This document shows, piece after piece, positions 45,568 to 53,882 of a stretch of 64,000 nucleotides of DNA (the stretch's first letter is position 1; every line of letters starts with the position of its first letter). A program made the position numbers and the translations under genes. Below the pieces are notes generated by a model. The model was not told the origin of the DNA. It did not search any database and saw only the letters and a list, made by a program, of their open reading frames with translations. Source of the DNA: Gammaproteobacteria bacterium (GTDB taxonomy: Bacteria; Pseudomonadota; Gammaproteobacteria; Natronospirales; JAJUFS01); assembly GCA_033720815.1 (NCBI GenBank), contig JAWWBT010000001.1:4168-68167 (forward strand). The letters are read 5' to 3'.

Positions 45568-47379
45568 TTACCAGTTCCAGGCCTGGAACGCGATGACATC
45601 GTAGGCGAGGAAAATCCCCGCCCATGCCAATGCCGTGACAAGCCCCACGCCACTTCGCAACGGCGCATAAAGGTGCCGGCGCCACAGGGCGACGAGGTAG
45701 GCCGGCAACGCCAGCACCGCGAATACGGGAGCAACAATACTGGCTGCCAGCAGACCGATTGCCATGGCACCCGGTCGCGCCAGCTCCGGCAGGCTCATCA
45801 GGTGAAAGAGTATCGGCACCGCCAGCGCGGCGAGCACCGCGACACCTGACAGCGCGGTCGGGAAGAGTTCCAGCCAGCCATCGATACGCTTGCGATTGCG
45901 CCAGCCCTTCAGCGGCACTCGCGTCAGCTGCAATATCGCAAGCCCTGACCCCGGCAGGAGAACCAGTAGCGCGGCGAGCGGCCACCACGCCTTCCACGCC
46001 GGGACCTGGCGCCACTCCGCAGCACTGTTCCAGAGCAGCAACCCTTCATCGCTTTCCTGCCATTGCCAGTCCGACCACCACAGGCGACGATCGCGTAGCC
46101 AGCCATCTGCGGTCGCTGCCGCGACCAGCTGGCGCTCGCGGATGCCCGGACCGCGCAGGCACAAGGCCTGCCTGCAAGGCCGTGCGCGCAACGGCCCTGC
46201 CATGTCGAGCAGCATCTGCTGCGGCGGGGAAATATCGCCGCTGCGACGGTAGTATCCCGACAGGATCGCCGGCGGATGATCTCCAGGATCGAGCCCTTGC
46301 GCGGGCAGGGTTGTTTCCAGCTGTCCGCGCAACAGCTCCTCGAAGTCGGCAATGGCCGCCGCGGAACCACCCTGGTTGACCAGCAGCACGTAGCCGCCGT
46401 TGCGTTCCGGCAGGTAGGCAAATGCAGCCCGGTAACCCGGCGTGCGACCACGCAGGCCGAATTGCAGGATGCCTCCCGGATATTCGCGGCGGAACCCGCG
46501 GGTTCGCGGTCCGGGCAACTCGGCAGGCCCTTCCAGCAAAGCCACGAGATCGGGCCCCAGCACTCGCTCGCCGTTACGCTCGCCATCGTTCAGGAGCAGC
46601 TGAAGGAAAATCGCCAGGTCACGGGCCGTCACCCACCAGTCACCCGCTGCGGCCAGGTTCAGTTCCAGTGGCTGAATGGGTCGGCCATGGGCATCGTGGG
46701 CGGGAGCAACATTGCTCGACGGCTGGCCGAGAAGGATCGATGTACCCAGCGGCACGTTCACGAGCGGGTCGATGATGTCCTGCAGGGGAGCCGCGGCAGC
46801 TTCTTCGGCAATATAGGCTGCAATCGCCGTGTTCAGCACGGAATGGCGATAACGCGAGCCGGGACGAAACGCCGTCTCGCCGGCACGGAAGGATCGGTTG
46901 ATGGCGGCCAGCAGTGGCTGGCCATCAGCCGGCATGACGATATCGCGATAATGCGGCTGGGCGAGCCCGGCCCTGTGCATCAGGAGGTCCTCGATGCGAA
47001 CTGGACGATCGGCATACCAGTCATTGCGGAGGTCGACCTCGGGGGCGCGATCCAGCACCGCGTCATCGAGCGAGAGCGAACCGTCTTCGGCAAGCAGACC
47101 TACCACCAGCGCAACAAGGACTTCACCCGCGGAACCCAGGCGAAACCGGCTGTCGTTGCTGATGCCGTTGCCGCTGGCAAAGGTGCGAACGGATTCGCGA
47201 TCGAATACCGCTGCGGACACGCCGACCAAATCGTGACGCAAGCGGAGGGCATCGATTGCAGCTGCAAGGGATTCGTCGTTGCCGCGCGGTCGCGGATCGC
47301 CCACGCGTACCTCGTCATCGGCCTGCGCGAACAGCGGGCAGGCAAGCAGCAGGAATCCGATAATGACGAAAATTCGCAA
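45568..47379 (-). CDS. Beta-lactamase-fold (serine-hydrolase-like) protein with C-terminal 4-TM anchor
   Basis: Track ORF of 603 aa with a TTG start and a signal peptide. The class-C/esterase-like domain has S-A-G-E (FRLGSAGEVL) at the SxxK position. There are four hydrophobic segments in the last ~170 aa. Confidence 0.7.
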   Translation of the reverse strand: MRIFVIIGFLLLACPLFAQADDEVRVGDPRPRGNDESLAAAIDALRLRHDLVGVSAAVFDRESVRTFASGNGISNDSRFRLGSAGEVLVALVVGLLAEDGSLSLDDAVLDRAPEVDLRNDWYADRPVRIEDLLMHRAGLAQPHYRDIVMPADGQPLLAAINRSFRAGETAFRPGSRYRHSVLNTAIAAYIAEEAAAAPLQDIIDPLVNVPLGTSILLGQPSSNVAPAHDAHGRPIQPLELNLAAAGDWWVTARDLAIFLQLLLNDGERNGERVLGPDLVALLEGPAELPGPRTRGFRREYPGGILQFGLRGRTPGYRAAFAYLPERNGGYVLLVNQGGSAAAIADFEELLRGQLETTLPAQGLDPGDHPPAILSGYYRRSGDISPPQQMLLDMAGPLRARPCRQALCLRGPGIRERQLVAAATADGWLRDRRLWWSDWQWQESDEGLLLWNSAAEWRQVPAWKAWWPLAALLVLLPGSGLAILQLTRVPLKGWRNRKRIDGWLELFPTALSGVAVLAALAVPILFHLMSLPELARPGAMAIGLLAASIVAPVFAVLALPAYLVALWRRHLYAPLRSGVGLVTALAWAGIFLAYDVIAFQAWNW

Positions 47380-47464
47380 AGGAAAAGCCCCGGCGTAGAA
47401 AACGACCGGGGCTCATGTTGCGGTGCCAGCGGCCTGCTGGCAAGCGGCGCGGCGGCCGCGAGGG

Positions 47465-47487
47465 TAAAAAGGCAGGACGTCCCTGCC
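47465..47487 (-). terminator. Rho-independent terminator after the BON gene
   Basis: The minus strand reads GGCAGG-gacgt-CCTGCCTTTTT, 11 nt after the stop at 47498. Confidence 0.7.
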
Positions 47488-47497
47488 CTGCAATCGA

Positions 47498-47878
47498 TCA
47501 GTCGACCGTGACAGTCAACCGGGCAACCACACCCTTGACGCCTTTGACGTCGCGGGCCGTTTCCACCATTGCCTCGTAGTCGTTCATCGAGTCGACACGC
47601 CCGACGAGCGTCACTCGACCGTTGTCGTTGAACACCTTGACGCGGGCATCGTCGAAACGATCATCGTCATTCAGCGCGTCGGCGACACGGCCTGCGACAT
47701 CGGAACCGTCGTCGCGAACACCGTCAACCAGGTTGCCTTCGGCTTCGTACTCGGCGATGCGCGGATCGCCGCTGGCGAAATCATTGCCCACGACGATGGC
47801 GCAACCGGCAGCCGGTGCAGTCAGCGAGGTCAGGATCACGCCCTTGGCAAGCATGCGGCGCATGAATCGGGTCTTCAT
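47498..47878 (-). CDS. BON-domain lipoprotein
   Basis: C-terminal BON domain (VKVFNDNGRVTLVGRVDSMNDYEAMVETARDVKGVKGV). I chose the start at 47878 (MKTRFMRRMLAKGVILTSLTAPAAGC, GGAG 9 nt upstream). In-frame alternatives lie at 47911 and 47935. Confidence 0.7.
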   Translation of the reverse strand: MKTRFMRRMLAKGVILTSLTAPAAGCAIVVGNDFASGDPRIAEYEAEGNLVDGVRDDGSDVAGRVADALNDDDRFDDARVKVFNDNGRVTLVGRVDSMNDYEAMVETARDVKGVKGVVARLTVTVD

Positions 47879-47953
47879 CTTTTCTAGCTCCTTTTTCAGT
47901 TCGGTTTTCATGGCAGTACTTCTTTCCAGCACCATGAGAATCAGTCAATCGGC

Positions 47954-48907
47954 TCAGGATTCGTCGCGGTAGCGGCGAAGCGCGATCGCACCGGCAGTAC
48001 AGGCGGCAGCGAAGATCGCGCCGGTCCAGAATTCCGGTGTCGTGAACAGGTCTCCCACAACGCTCAGGCTGAACGTATCGAAACTGCCTTCAATGTGGAC
48101 GTTCTCCCCGAACAGGCGGGTATTACCCGGCCCGTCGCCATGCAGGATGGCTGCATTGTTGAAGCTGTCTTCATCACCGAACGGGATCAGGCGGCTACCC
48201 AGCAGCCGAACGAACTCGTTCGAATCAAGGAACATTTCCTCAAGGATGATGAGTGCCGCTGGCGGCAGGGTGGCCCACAGGAATGGCGCCTTCTTGGCCC
48301 AGGCCGAGGCCAGCATCAGCCAGCTCATCAGCGGCAGGTACCACAGCAGTTGTACGAGCAGCAGCAGTGCAACGCCGAACATGCCGTTGAAGAACCCGTA
48401 GTTCGACCACACCAGTGTCCAGGCGCTACCGCCACCGAAGATCACGATGATGCCCATCACCAATGTCATTGCGATCGAGAGCACACCTACCGTTGCCAGC
48501 ACGATGGCCGGGAAGGTGATGAACACCGACAGCCACTTCGACATCACGGTCGATGCATCGGTAATTGGCAGCGACTTCCAGAACAGGATGGAACGGTCCC
48601 GACGCTCGGCATACAGCGAATCGAGCAGGTAGAACGGGATCACGAAGCCCATCATGATCAGGAACGGCACCGAGGTTCCGGGAACGAACATCTGCGACAT
48701 CTTGCGCAACGCTTCCGGGTTCGAATCCATCAGTCGGTCAACAAAGATATCCAGGCCCACCTTGGTCGGCAGGATGTAACCGACCGAGTAGAGATAGAGC
48801 ACGAAGAGGACTGCTGCCATGACAAACGGCACCATCCAGAAACCCTTGTGCTCCCACAGCTCGCGCTTCATCAGCGCTACCTGGGTTGTGAAGATATTGG
48901 TGTTCAT
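47954..48907 (-). CDS. ABC-2-type transporter permease
   Basis: Track ORF of 317 aa with multiple TM segments. Its start overlaps the ATPase stop (ATGA). Confidence 0.65.
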   Translation of the reverse strand: MNTNIFTTQVALMKRELWEHKGFWMVPFVMAAVLFVLYLYSVGYILPTKVGLDIFVDRLMDSNPEALRKMSQMFVPGTSVPFLIMMGFVIPFYLLDSLYAERRDRSILFWKSLPITDASTVMSKWLSVFITFPAIVLATVGVLSIAMTLVMGIIVIFGGGSAWTLVWSNYGFFNGMFGVALLLLVQLLWYLPLMSWLMLASAWAKKAPFLWATLPPAALIILEEMFLDSNEFVRLLGSRLIPFGDEDSFNNAAILHGDGPGNTRLFGENVHIEGSFDTFSLSVVGDLFTTPEFWTGAIFAAACTAGAIALRRYRDES

Positions 48908-49761
48908 TCCCGGTCTCCTTTCATCTTGGCGACGAAGAGGTCTGCAACGCTCGGCGTGTGCAGCTCACCCAGCTCGCGCAAGGCATCTCGCGACACACCT
49001 TCGAAGAGGAACAGCTTCTTGCCGAACACATCACGCTCGTGGATCGGGTTCATGCTCTTCGCCCGATCGGCGTTTTCGGGCTTCACCAGCACCTCGGTGA
49101 AGTCCTCGCCAACCTGGTCCATGCTTTCGTCGAGGATGATGTTGCCGTCACGGATGAACATCAGGCGCGTGAGGATCTTTTCGATCTCCTCGACCTGGTG
49201 CGTCGTGACGAGAATCGTGCGCGATTCATCGAAGTAGTCGCTGAGCAGCGAGGCGTAGAATTCCTTGCGATAGAGGATATCCAGGCCCAGCGTCGGCTCG
49301 TCGAGCACCAGCAGCTTCGCATCGATGGCCATTACCAGCGCCAGGTGCAGCTGCACGACCATGCCCTTCGAGAGCGCTCCTACTTTCGAGTTGCGCTTGA
49401 TCTTGGTGCGCGAGAGGAATTCCTCGCACTTGGCACGATCGAACTTTGGGTGCGTGTCGGCGACGAAATCGATGGCGTCCTTCACCTTCAGCCAGCGCGG
49501 CAACACGGCCACGTCGGCAATGAAGCAGACATCCTGCATGATCGTCGCGCGATTGCGCTTCGGGTTCTTGCCGAGCACTTCGAGCTCGCCGTCGAAATCC
49601 GTCAGGCCGAGAATGGCCTTCAGCGCAGTCGTCTTGCCGGCACCGTTCGGGCCGATCAGGCCGACGATCTGGCCTTCCTCGATCTGGAAGTCGACGCGAT
49701 CGAGCGCAACGTTGTCGCCGTAGGCCTTGTGCAGGCCACGTGCTTTCACCAGTGCGTTCAT
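48904..49761 (-). CDS. ABC transporter ATP-binding protein
   Basis: Trimmed to the ATG at 49761, which overlaps the GntR stop (ATGA). Walker A GPNGAGKTT and Walker B LVLDEPTLGLD. Confidence 0.85.
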   Translation of the reverse strand: MNALVKARGLHKAYGDNVALDRVDFQIEEGQIVGLIGPNGAGKTTALKAILGLTDFDGELEVLGKNPKRNRATIMQDVCFIADVAVLPRWLKVKDAIDFVADTHPKFDRAKCEEFLSRTKIKRNSKVGALSKGMVVQLHLALVMAIDAKLLVLDEPTLGLDILYRKEFYASLLSDYFDESRTILVTTHQVEEIEKILTRLMFIRDGNIILDESMDQVGEDFTEVLVKPENADRAKSMNPIHERDVFGKKLFLFEGVSRDALRELGELHTPSVADLFVAKMKGDRE

Positions 49762-50132
49762 TCTTCGGAACCTCCGTTCTTGTTCGCGGCTTCCAGCAGT
49801 TCTTCGGTATCGAGACCCAGGCGGTTGATCTTGTCGACCACCAGCGGCCACTCCTCGTTGAGAAATACGTCGCGTTCGGAGCTGCCAAGACGCTTGCTGG
49901 CACCTTCCTTCACGAACATGCCGCGACCGCGGCGCTTCTCGACGAGGTCTTCGTCGACCAGTTCCTGGTAACCCTTCATCACCGTGAGCGGGTTCAGCTG
50001 GTAATCGGCTGCAACACTCCGCACGGAGGGCAGCGCATCACCATCCTTCAGTACACCTTCCAGAATCATGGCGACCACCTTGTCTCTCAGTTGCCGATAA
50101 ATCGGCTGGTTGTCATTCCAGTTCGGATCCAT
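49758..50132 (-). CDS. GntR-family transcriptional regulator, YtrA subfamily
   Basis: Track ORF of 124 aa with the winged HTH LPSVRSVAADYQLNPLTVMKGYQELV and the short C-terminal domain typical of YtrA. GGAGG lies upstream. Confidence 0.85.
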   Translation of the reverse strand: MDPNWNDNQPIYRQLRDKVVAMILEGVLKDGDALPSVRSVAADYQLNPLTVMKGYQELVDEDLVEKRRGRGMFVKEGASKRLGSSERDVFLNEEWPLVVDKINRLGLDTEELLEAANKNGGSEE

Positions 50133-50167
50133 TTCCGAGCCTCCAGTCCAGGGGCCTCAGGCCTGCC

Positions 50168-50620
50168 TTATTTGGCAGACTCCAGAGCCAGTTCCAGCGC
50201 GGGCAGGGCGATGTAGCGTGAAAGCCCCATCAGTCCCGGCGCGCGCAATGCCTTGGCCAGGATGTCTTCAGCCAGCTGCACCGAGGCCTGCGCCTCGCTG
50301 GTTGCCGCCGAGACCGTCACCGGCCGTTCGTGGTCCTGCTCGGCACCTGCCGTTTCAATCACCTCCAGCGGACCAACGGTCACGCCGGGGTTATCCAGCA
50401 GCAAGGGCATCTGCTTCAGCTGGTAGCGCTGTTCAGCAAGGATGTTCTGCTGCGAGATTTCCATCTGCATCCGGATCGCCGTCGCCAGCGACACTGTCCC
50501 CGTGGTCGGCTTCGCCTGCACCTTCGCCTCGGCCATGGCCGGGAAGGTTGCCAGCGAGACAGCCACGAGCAGGCCGGCTAGCAGCGTGCGGATGCTCTTG
50601 TTGTCTTGTGTCGTGTTCAT
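50168..50620 (-). CDS. Secreted hypothetical protein
   Basis: Trimmed to the ATG at 50620 (AGGAG upstream). Signal peptide LLAGLLVAVSLATFPAMA. It is the first gene of the YtrA-ABC operon. Confidence 0.55.
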   Translation of the reverse strand: MNTTQDNKSIRTLLAGLLVAVSLATFPAMAEAKVQAKPTTGTVSLATAIRMQMEISQQNILAEQRYQLKQMPLLLDNPGVTVGPLEVIETAGAEQDHERPVTVSAATSEAQASVQLAEDILAKALRAPGLMGLSRYIALPALELALESAK

Positions 50621-50660
50621 CGTCGTCACTCCTGGCGGAATTTCCGCCGTTACCGAAGCG

Positions 50661-50682
50661 GTGTTGTAGTTAACTATAACAC
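50661..50682. promoter_or_regulatory. Candidate YtrA/GntR operator: 22-bp near-perfect palindrome
   Basis: GTGTTGTAGTTAACTATAACAC (20 of 22 symmetric) fits the GntR-type GT-N-AC dyad logic. It lies 41 nt upstream of the operon's first start codon. Confidence 0.55.
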
Positions 50683-50700
50683 TAAAACCGGGAATGGCAA
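50673..50700 (-). promoter_or_regulatory. Candidate sigma70 promoter of the YtrA-ABC operon
   Basis: The minus strand reads TTGCCA-N16-TATAGT (-35 at 50700-50695, -10 at 50678-50673). The -10 lies inside the palindrome. Confidence 0.5.
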
Positions 50701-50882
50701 GCCCGTCGGTGAAATTTTCTTCATGTAGAGCTATATCTCTAGATTTTTCAGTGACTTGTAATTCCATCAAGTGGGTACCAGCGCCGGGGCCAGGTGTTAT
50801 ACCCCGGCTAAATCACCCCGCCTTAACCCCGATTCCGGGCGCGAAACGTAATTCCGCATGACCACCAACAAGGAGAAACGTC

Positions 50883-52589
50883 ATGCAAGCGACCACCCTG
50901 TCCTCGCGTTTTTACGTGCTGCTCGTTACCTGCGCTTTCACGCTCGCCGCCTGCAGCCAGGCAGGCCGTGAAAACCCGCCCGAAGACCCGGCCGCCGAAA
51001 AGCGACCACGGATCGAAAACCCGGTGATGGTAGAAACTGAAGAAGCCGTTACCGTGAAAATGCGGCAGCCAATGGATACGGCAGCCCTCGCCGACAGGCG
51101 CATTGCCGGCCAGGTCATGCCAGCTCCGATGTCCGGTTTACGTGCGCCGAGCGAATTGCTGAACCGGGAGAACTACGCGCACTACGACGACAACCCGGTA
51201 AAGCGGGCTGCTGAACATCCGGTATCCACTTTCTCGGTTGACGTGGACACCGGCTCCTACGCCAACCTGCGTCGCCTGCTTGATGCCGGGCAGCTGCCAC
51301 CGCAGGATGCAGTACGCATCGAGGAGTTGCTGAACTACTTCGATTACGACTACGCCCCATCGAGCGAGAGCACGCAGCCCTTCGCCACGCATGTCGCGCT
51401 CAGTCGCGCGCCATGGGATACCCGCAAGGGCCTGCTGCGCATTGCATTGAAGGGTTACGAAGTGGCGGCCAGCGAACGCCTGCCGGCAAACCTTGTGTTC
51501 CTCGTGGATGTATCCGGATCGATGCAGTCGCCGGACAAGCTGGAGCTGCTGAAGAAAGGACTCGGCATGCTGGCGGCAGAACTCGACGCTGACGATCGGG
51601 TCTCGCTGGTCGTGTACGCCGGCGCTTCCGGCGTCGTGCTGCACCCGACACCTGGCAGCGAGGGTGCAACCATCCGCAATGCCCTTGCACAGCTCACCGC
51701 GGGCGGCTCGACGAATGGCGCTGCCGGCATTCGCCTTGCCTACGACATGGCGCGGCAGGCCTTCATCAAGGACGGGATCAATCGCGTCATCCTCGCCACC
51801 GACGGTGACTTCAACGTCGGTACGGTGAATTTCGAACAGCTCGTCGACATGATCGAACGCGAGCGCGATTCCGGCATCACCCTGACCACGCTTGGCTTCG
51901 GCGGCGGAAACTACAACGACCACCTGATGGAACAGCTCGCCGACAAGGGCAACGGCAATTACGCCTATATCGACTCCATTCGCGAGGCGAACCGTGTACT
52001 GGTGACGCAGATGACCTCCACGCTGCAGGTGATTGCGAAGGATGTGAAGGCACAGGTGGAATTCAATCCTGCGGTAGTCGCCGAGTATCGGCTGATCGGT
52101 TACGAGAACCGCATGCTGGACCGCGAGGACTTCAGCAATGACAAGGTGGATGCCGGGGATATCGGCGCAGGCCACAGCGTCACTGCCCTGTATGAAATCG
52201 TCTACGTGGACAGTAATGCACAACGCATCGAACCGCTGCGTTATGGCAGGGAAGCAAGCCGTGCTGGCGATAGCGGTGAACTCGGCTACCTGAAACTGCG
52301 CTACAAGCTGCCGGATGAAGACACCAGCCGCCTCCTCGAGCAGGCAATTTCGCAGGAGGCGGAAATTGAGCTTGCCGAAACCGACGACGACTTCCGTTTC
52401 GCCACGGCGGTCGCTGCCTTCGGCCAGCAGCTTCGCGGTGGCCAGTACTCGGGTGACTTCAACTACGACGATATTCGCAGCCTGGCCGCCACCGCACGTG
52501 GCAGCGATGCATCCGGCCAGCGCGGCGAATTCCTTGGCCTGGTGCAGCTTGCCGCAACGCTCGACGGTAACCGCCAGGCGAGGCGATGA
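50883..52589 (+). CDS. von Willebrand factor type A domain lipoprotein (YfbK-like)
   Basis: Track ORF of 568 aa with lipobox TLAAC, MIDAS motif LVDVSGSM and STFSVDVDTGSYANLRRLL...EELLNYFDYDY, typical of the YfbK family. AAGGAGA lies upstream. Confidence 0.8.
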   Translation: MQATTLSSRFYVLLVTCAFTLAACSQAGRENPPEDPAAEKRPRIENPVMVETEEAVTVKMRQPMDTAALADRRIAGQVMPAPMSGLRAPSELLNRENYAHYDDNPVKRAAEHPVSTFSVDVDTGSYANLRRLLDAGQLPPQDAVRIEELLNYFDYDYAPSSESTQPFATHVALSRAPWDTRKGLLRIALKGYEVAASERLPANLVFLVDVSGSMQSPDKLELLKKGLGMLAAELDADDRVSLVVYAGASGVVLHPTPGSEGATIRNALAQLTAGGSTNGAAGIRLAYDMARQAFIKDGINRVILATDGDFNVGTVNFEQLVDMIERERDSGITLTTLGFGGGNYNDHLMEQLADKGNGNYAYIDSIREANRVLVTQMTSTLQVIAKDVKAQVEFNPAVVAEYRLIGYENRMLDREDFSNDKVDAGDIGAGHSVTALYEIVYVDSNAQRIEPLRYGREASRAGDSGELGYLKLRYKLPDEDTSRLLEQAISQEAEIELAETDDDFRFATAVAAFGQQLRGGQYSGDFNYDDIRSLAATARGSDASGQRGEFLGLVQLAATLDGNRQARR

Positions 52590-53263
52590 ATACAGGGCTC
52601 GAAGCTGGCAGCGCCTTTCGACTGCGAGAGGCGCTGCCTTTTCCTGTCCTTCGCGTTACCCTGCCTGACATGCCGCAGGCCAATGACATGACCGATGCCG
52701 AACTGATGCAGCGTTACCGTGAAGGTGATGCGGCGGCCTTCGACACCTTGTATTCGCGCCACCGGCTGGCGGTCTTCAGTTTCCTGTTGAAACACAGCGG
52801 CCGTGATCGTGCCGAGGTGGACGAGGTTTTCCAGGAATGCTGGCTGAAGGTAATCCGTCGCCGCGACCAGTACGACACGGCGCAACCATTCCTGCCCTGG
52901 CTTTACACCATTGCACGGCACTGCCTGGTTGACCGTTGGCGCCATCTCGGTCGCGTGGAAAGCATTCATGTGGGGAGTGACGCGGCGATGCTGGGCGCCA
53001 GCAGCAACGGCCTGGCCCGTCCCGAGCGTCGCGCGGCAAGCGAACTCATCGAGCAGCGCTGGCAGGAAGCACTTGCGAGCCTGCCGGCAGTGCAACGTGA
53101 AGCCGTGCTACTGCATTTCGAGACGGACATGACACTGGAAGACATCGCCGCAGCCACTGGCACACAACGCGAGACGGTGAAGAGTCGCCTGCGTTATGCC
53201 ATGAACAAGCTGCGCACGATGCTCGCCGACCTGTATGCGGAGGCCGATGATGAACTCGCCTGA
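52586..53263 (+). CDS. ECF-type RNA polymerase sigma factor
   Basis: Has region 2 (DAAAFDTLYSRH...PWLYTIARHCLVDRWR) and region 4 (LPAVQREAVLLHFETDMTLEDIAAATGTQRETVKSRLRYA). The start is uncertain: the ATG at 52586 overlaps the vWA stop, with alternatives at 52670 and 52688. Confidence 0.8.
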   Translation: MNTGLEAGSAFRLREALPFPVLRVTLPDMPQANDMTDAELMQRYREGDAAAFDTLYSRHRLAVFSFLLKHSGRDRAEVDEVFQECWLKVIRRRDQYDTAQPFLPWLYTIARHCLVDRWRHLGRVESIHVGSDAAMLGASSNGLARPERRAASELIEQRWQEALASLPAVQREAVLLHFETDMTLEDIAAATGTQRETVKSRLRYAMNKLRTMLADLYAEADDELA

Positions 53264-53882
53264 CGACAAGCAATTGCGCGAGGATTACCGCGCACTGAAG
53301 CGCGATGCGCCAACGGCGGACAGCGACGCCCGGATACTGGCTGAAGCGCACCGCGCCATCCGGCCGCGCCGACACCCCGTGGCCTGGGCGGGTCTCGTTG
53401 GTCTCGCGGCTGCGATCGGTTTTTCGCTGGTACTGCTACCGCAGCTGCTGGTCGATACACCCGGCGAAATGAGCGATGAAGTGGCGCAGGCGCCGGCCCG
53501 GTCGGCCCCGCAAGCTGAACGCGTCGACATCACCAGCGCCGGTGTCGCGAAAACCGATGCTGCCGCCGCTACTGCGCAACGTGAGCGTGTTGCCAGCGAG
53601 CGCGCGGCAGCCGAAAAACTGCTGGCCGCCGACGCCATGGAATCCGTTGCGGAAGACCGCGCGGCAGCCATCGCCCGGGCTGTCGAGGAATCAGGCCCCG
53701 ACCTCGCCGCATTGCGGGCCGAGCTTGAAGGTGCACCCGAACCACAGTGGCGCGCCACGCTCGTCGCACTTCGTGATTCAGGCAGCCGTTCTCTCGCGGA
53801 ACAGTTGATGCCGACCTATCGGGCCGAATTCGATCTCGATGAATCACTCACGCTCGACATGCTCGTCGCGGAGGTACAGTAA
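53250..53882 (+). CDS. Single-pass membrane protein, candidate anti-sigma factor
   Basis: It overlaps the 3' end of the sigma gene. GGAGG (53239-53243) lies 6 nt before the ATG at 53250. It has one TM segment (WAGLVGLAAAIGFSLVLLPQLL) and an Ala/Glu-rich C-terminus. No zinc-finger motif is present, so the role is inferred from position. Confidence 0.5.
   Translation: MNSPDDKQLREDYRALKRDAPTADSDARILAEAHRAIRPRRHPVAWAGLVGLAAAIGFSLVLLPQLLVDTPGEMSDEVAQAPARSAPQAERVDITSAGVAKTDAAAATAQRERVASERAAAEKLLAADAMESVAEDRAAAIARAVEESGPDLAALRAELEGAPEPQWRATLVALRDSGSRSLAEQLMPTYRAEFDLDESLTLDMLVAEVQ

Noticed and set aside
48718-48728. GGTTCGAATCC, identical to the tRNA T-loop consensus.
   Set aside because: The flanking bases cannot form a T-stem (CCGGG versus CCATC) or the rest of a cloverleaf, and the site lies inside the ABC-2 permease coding frame.
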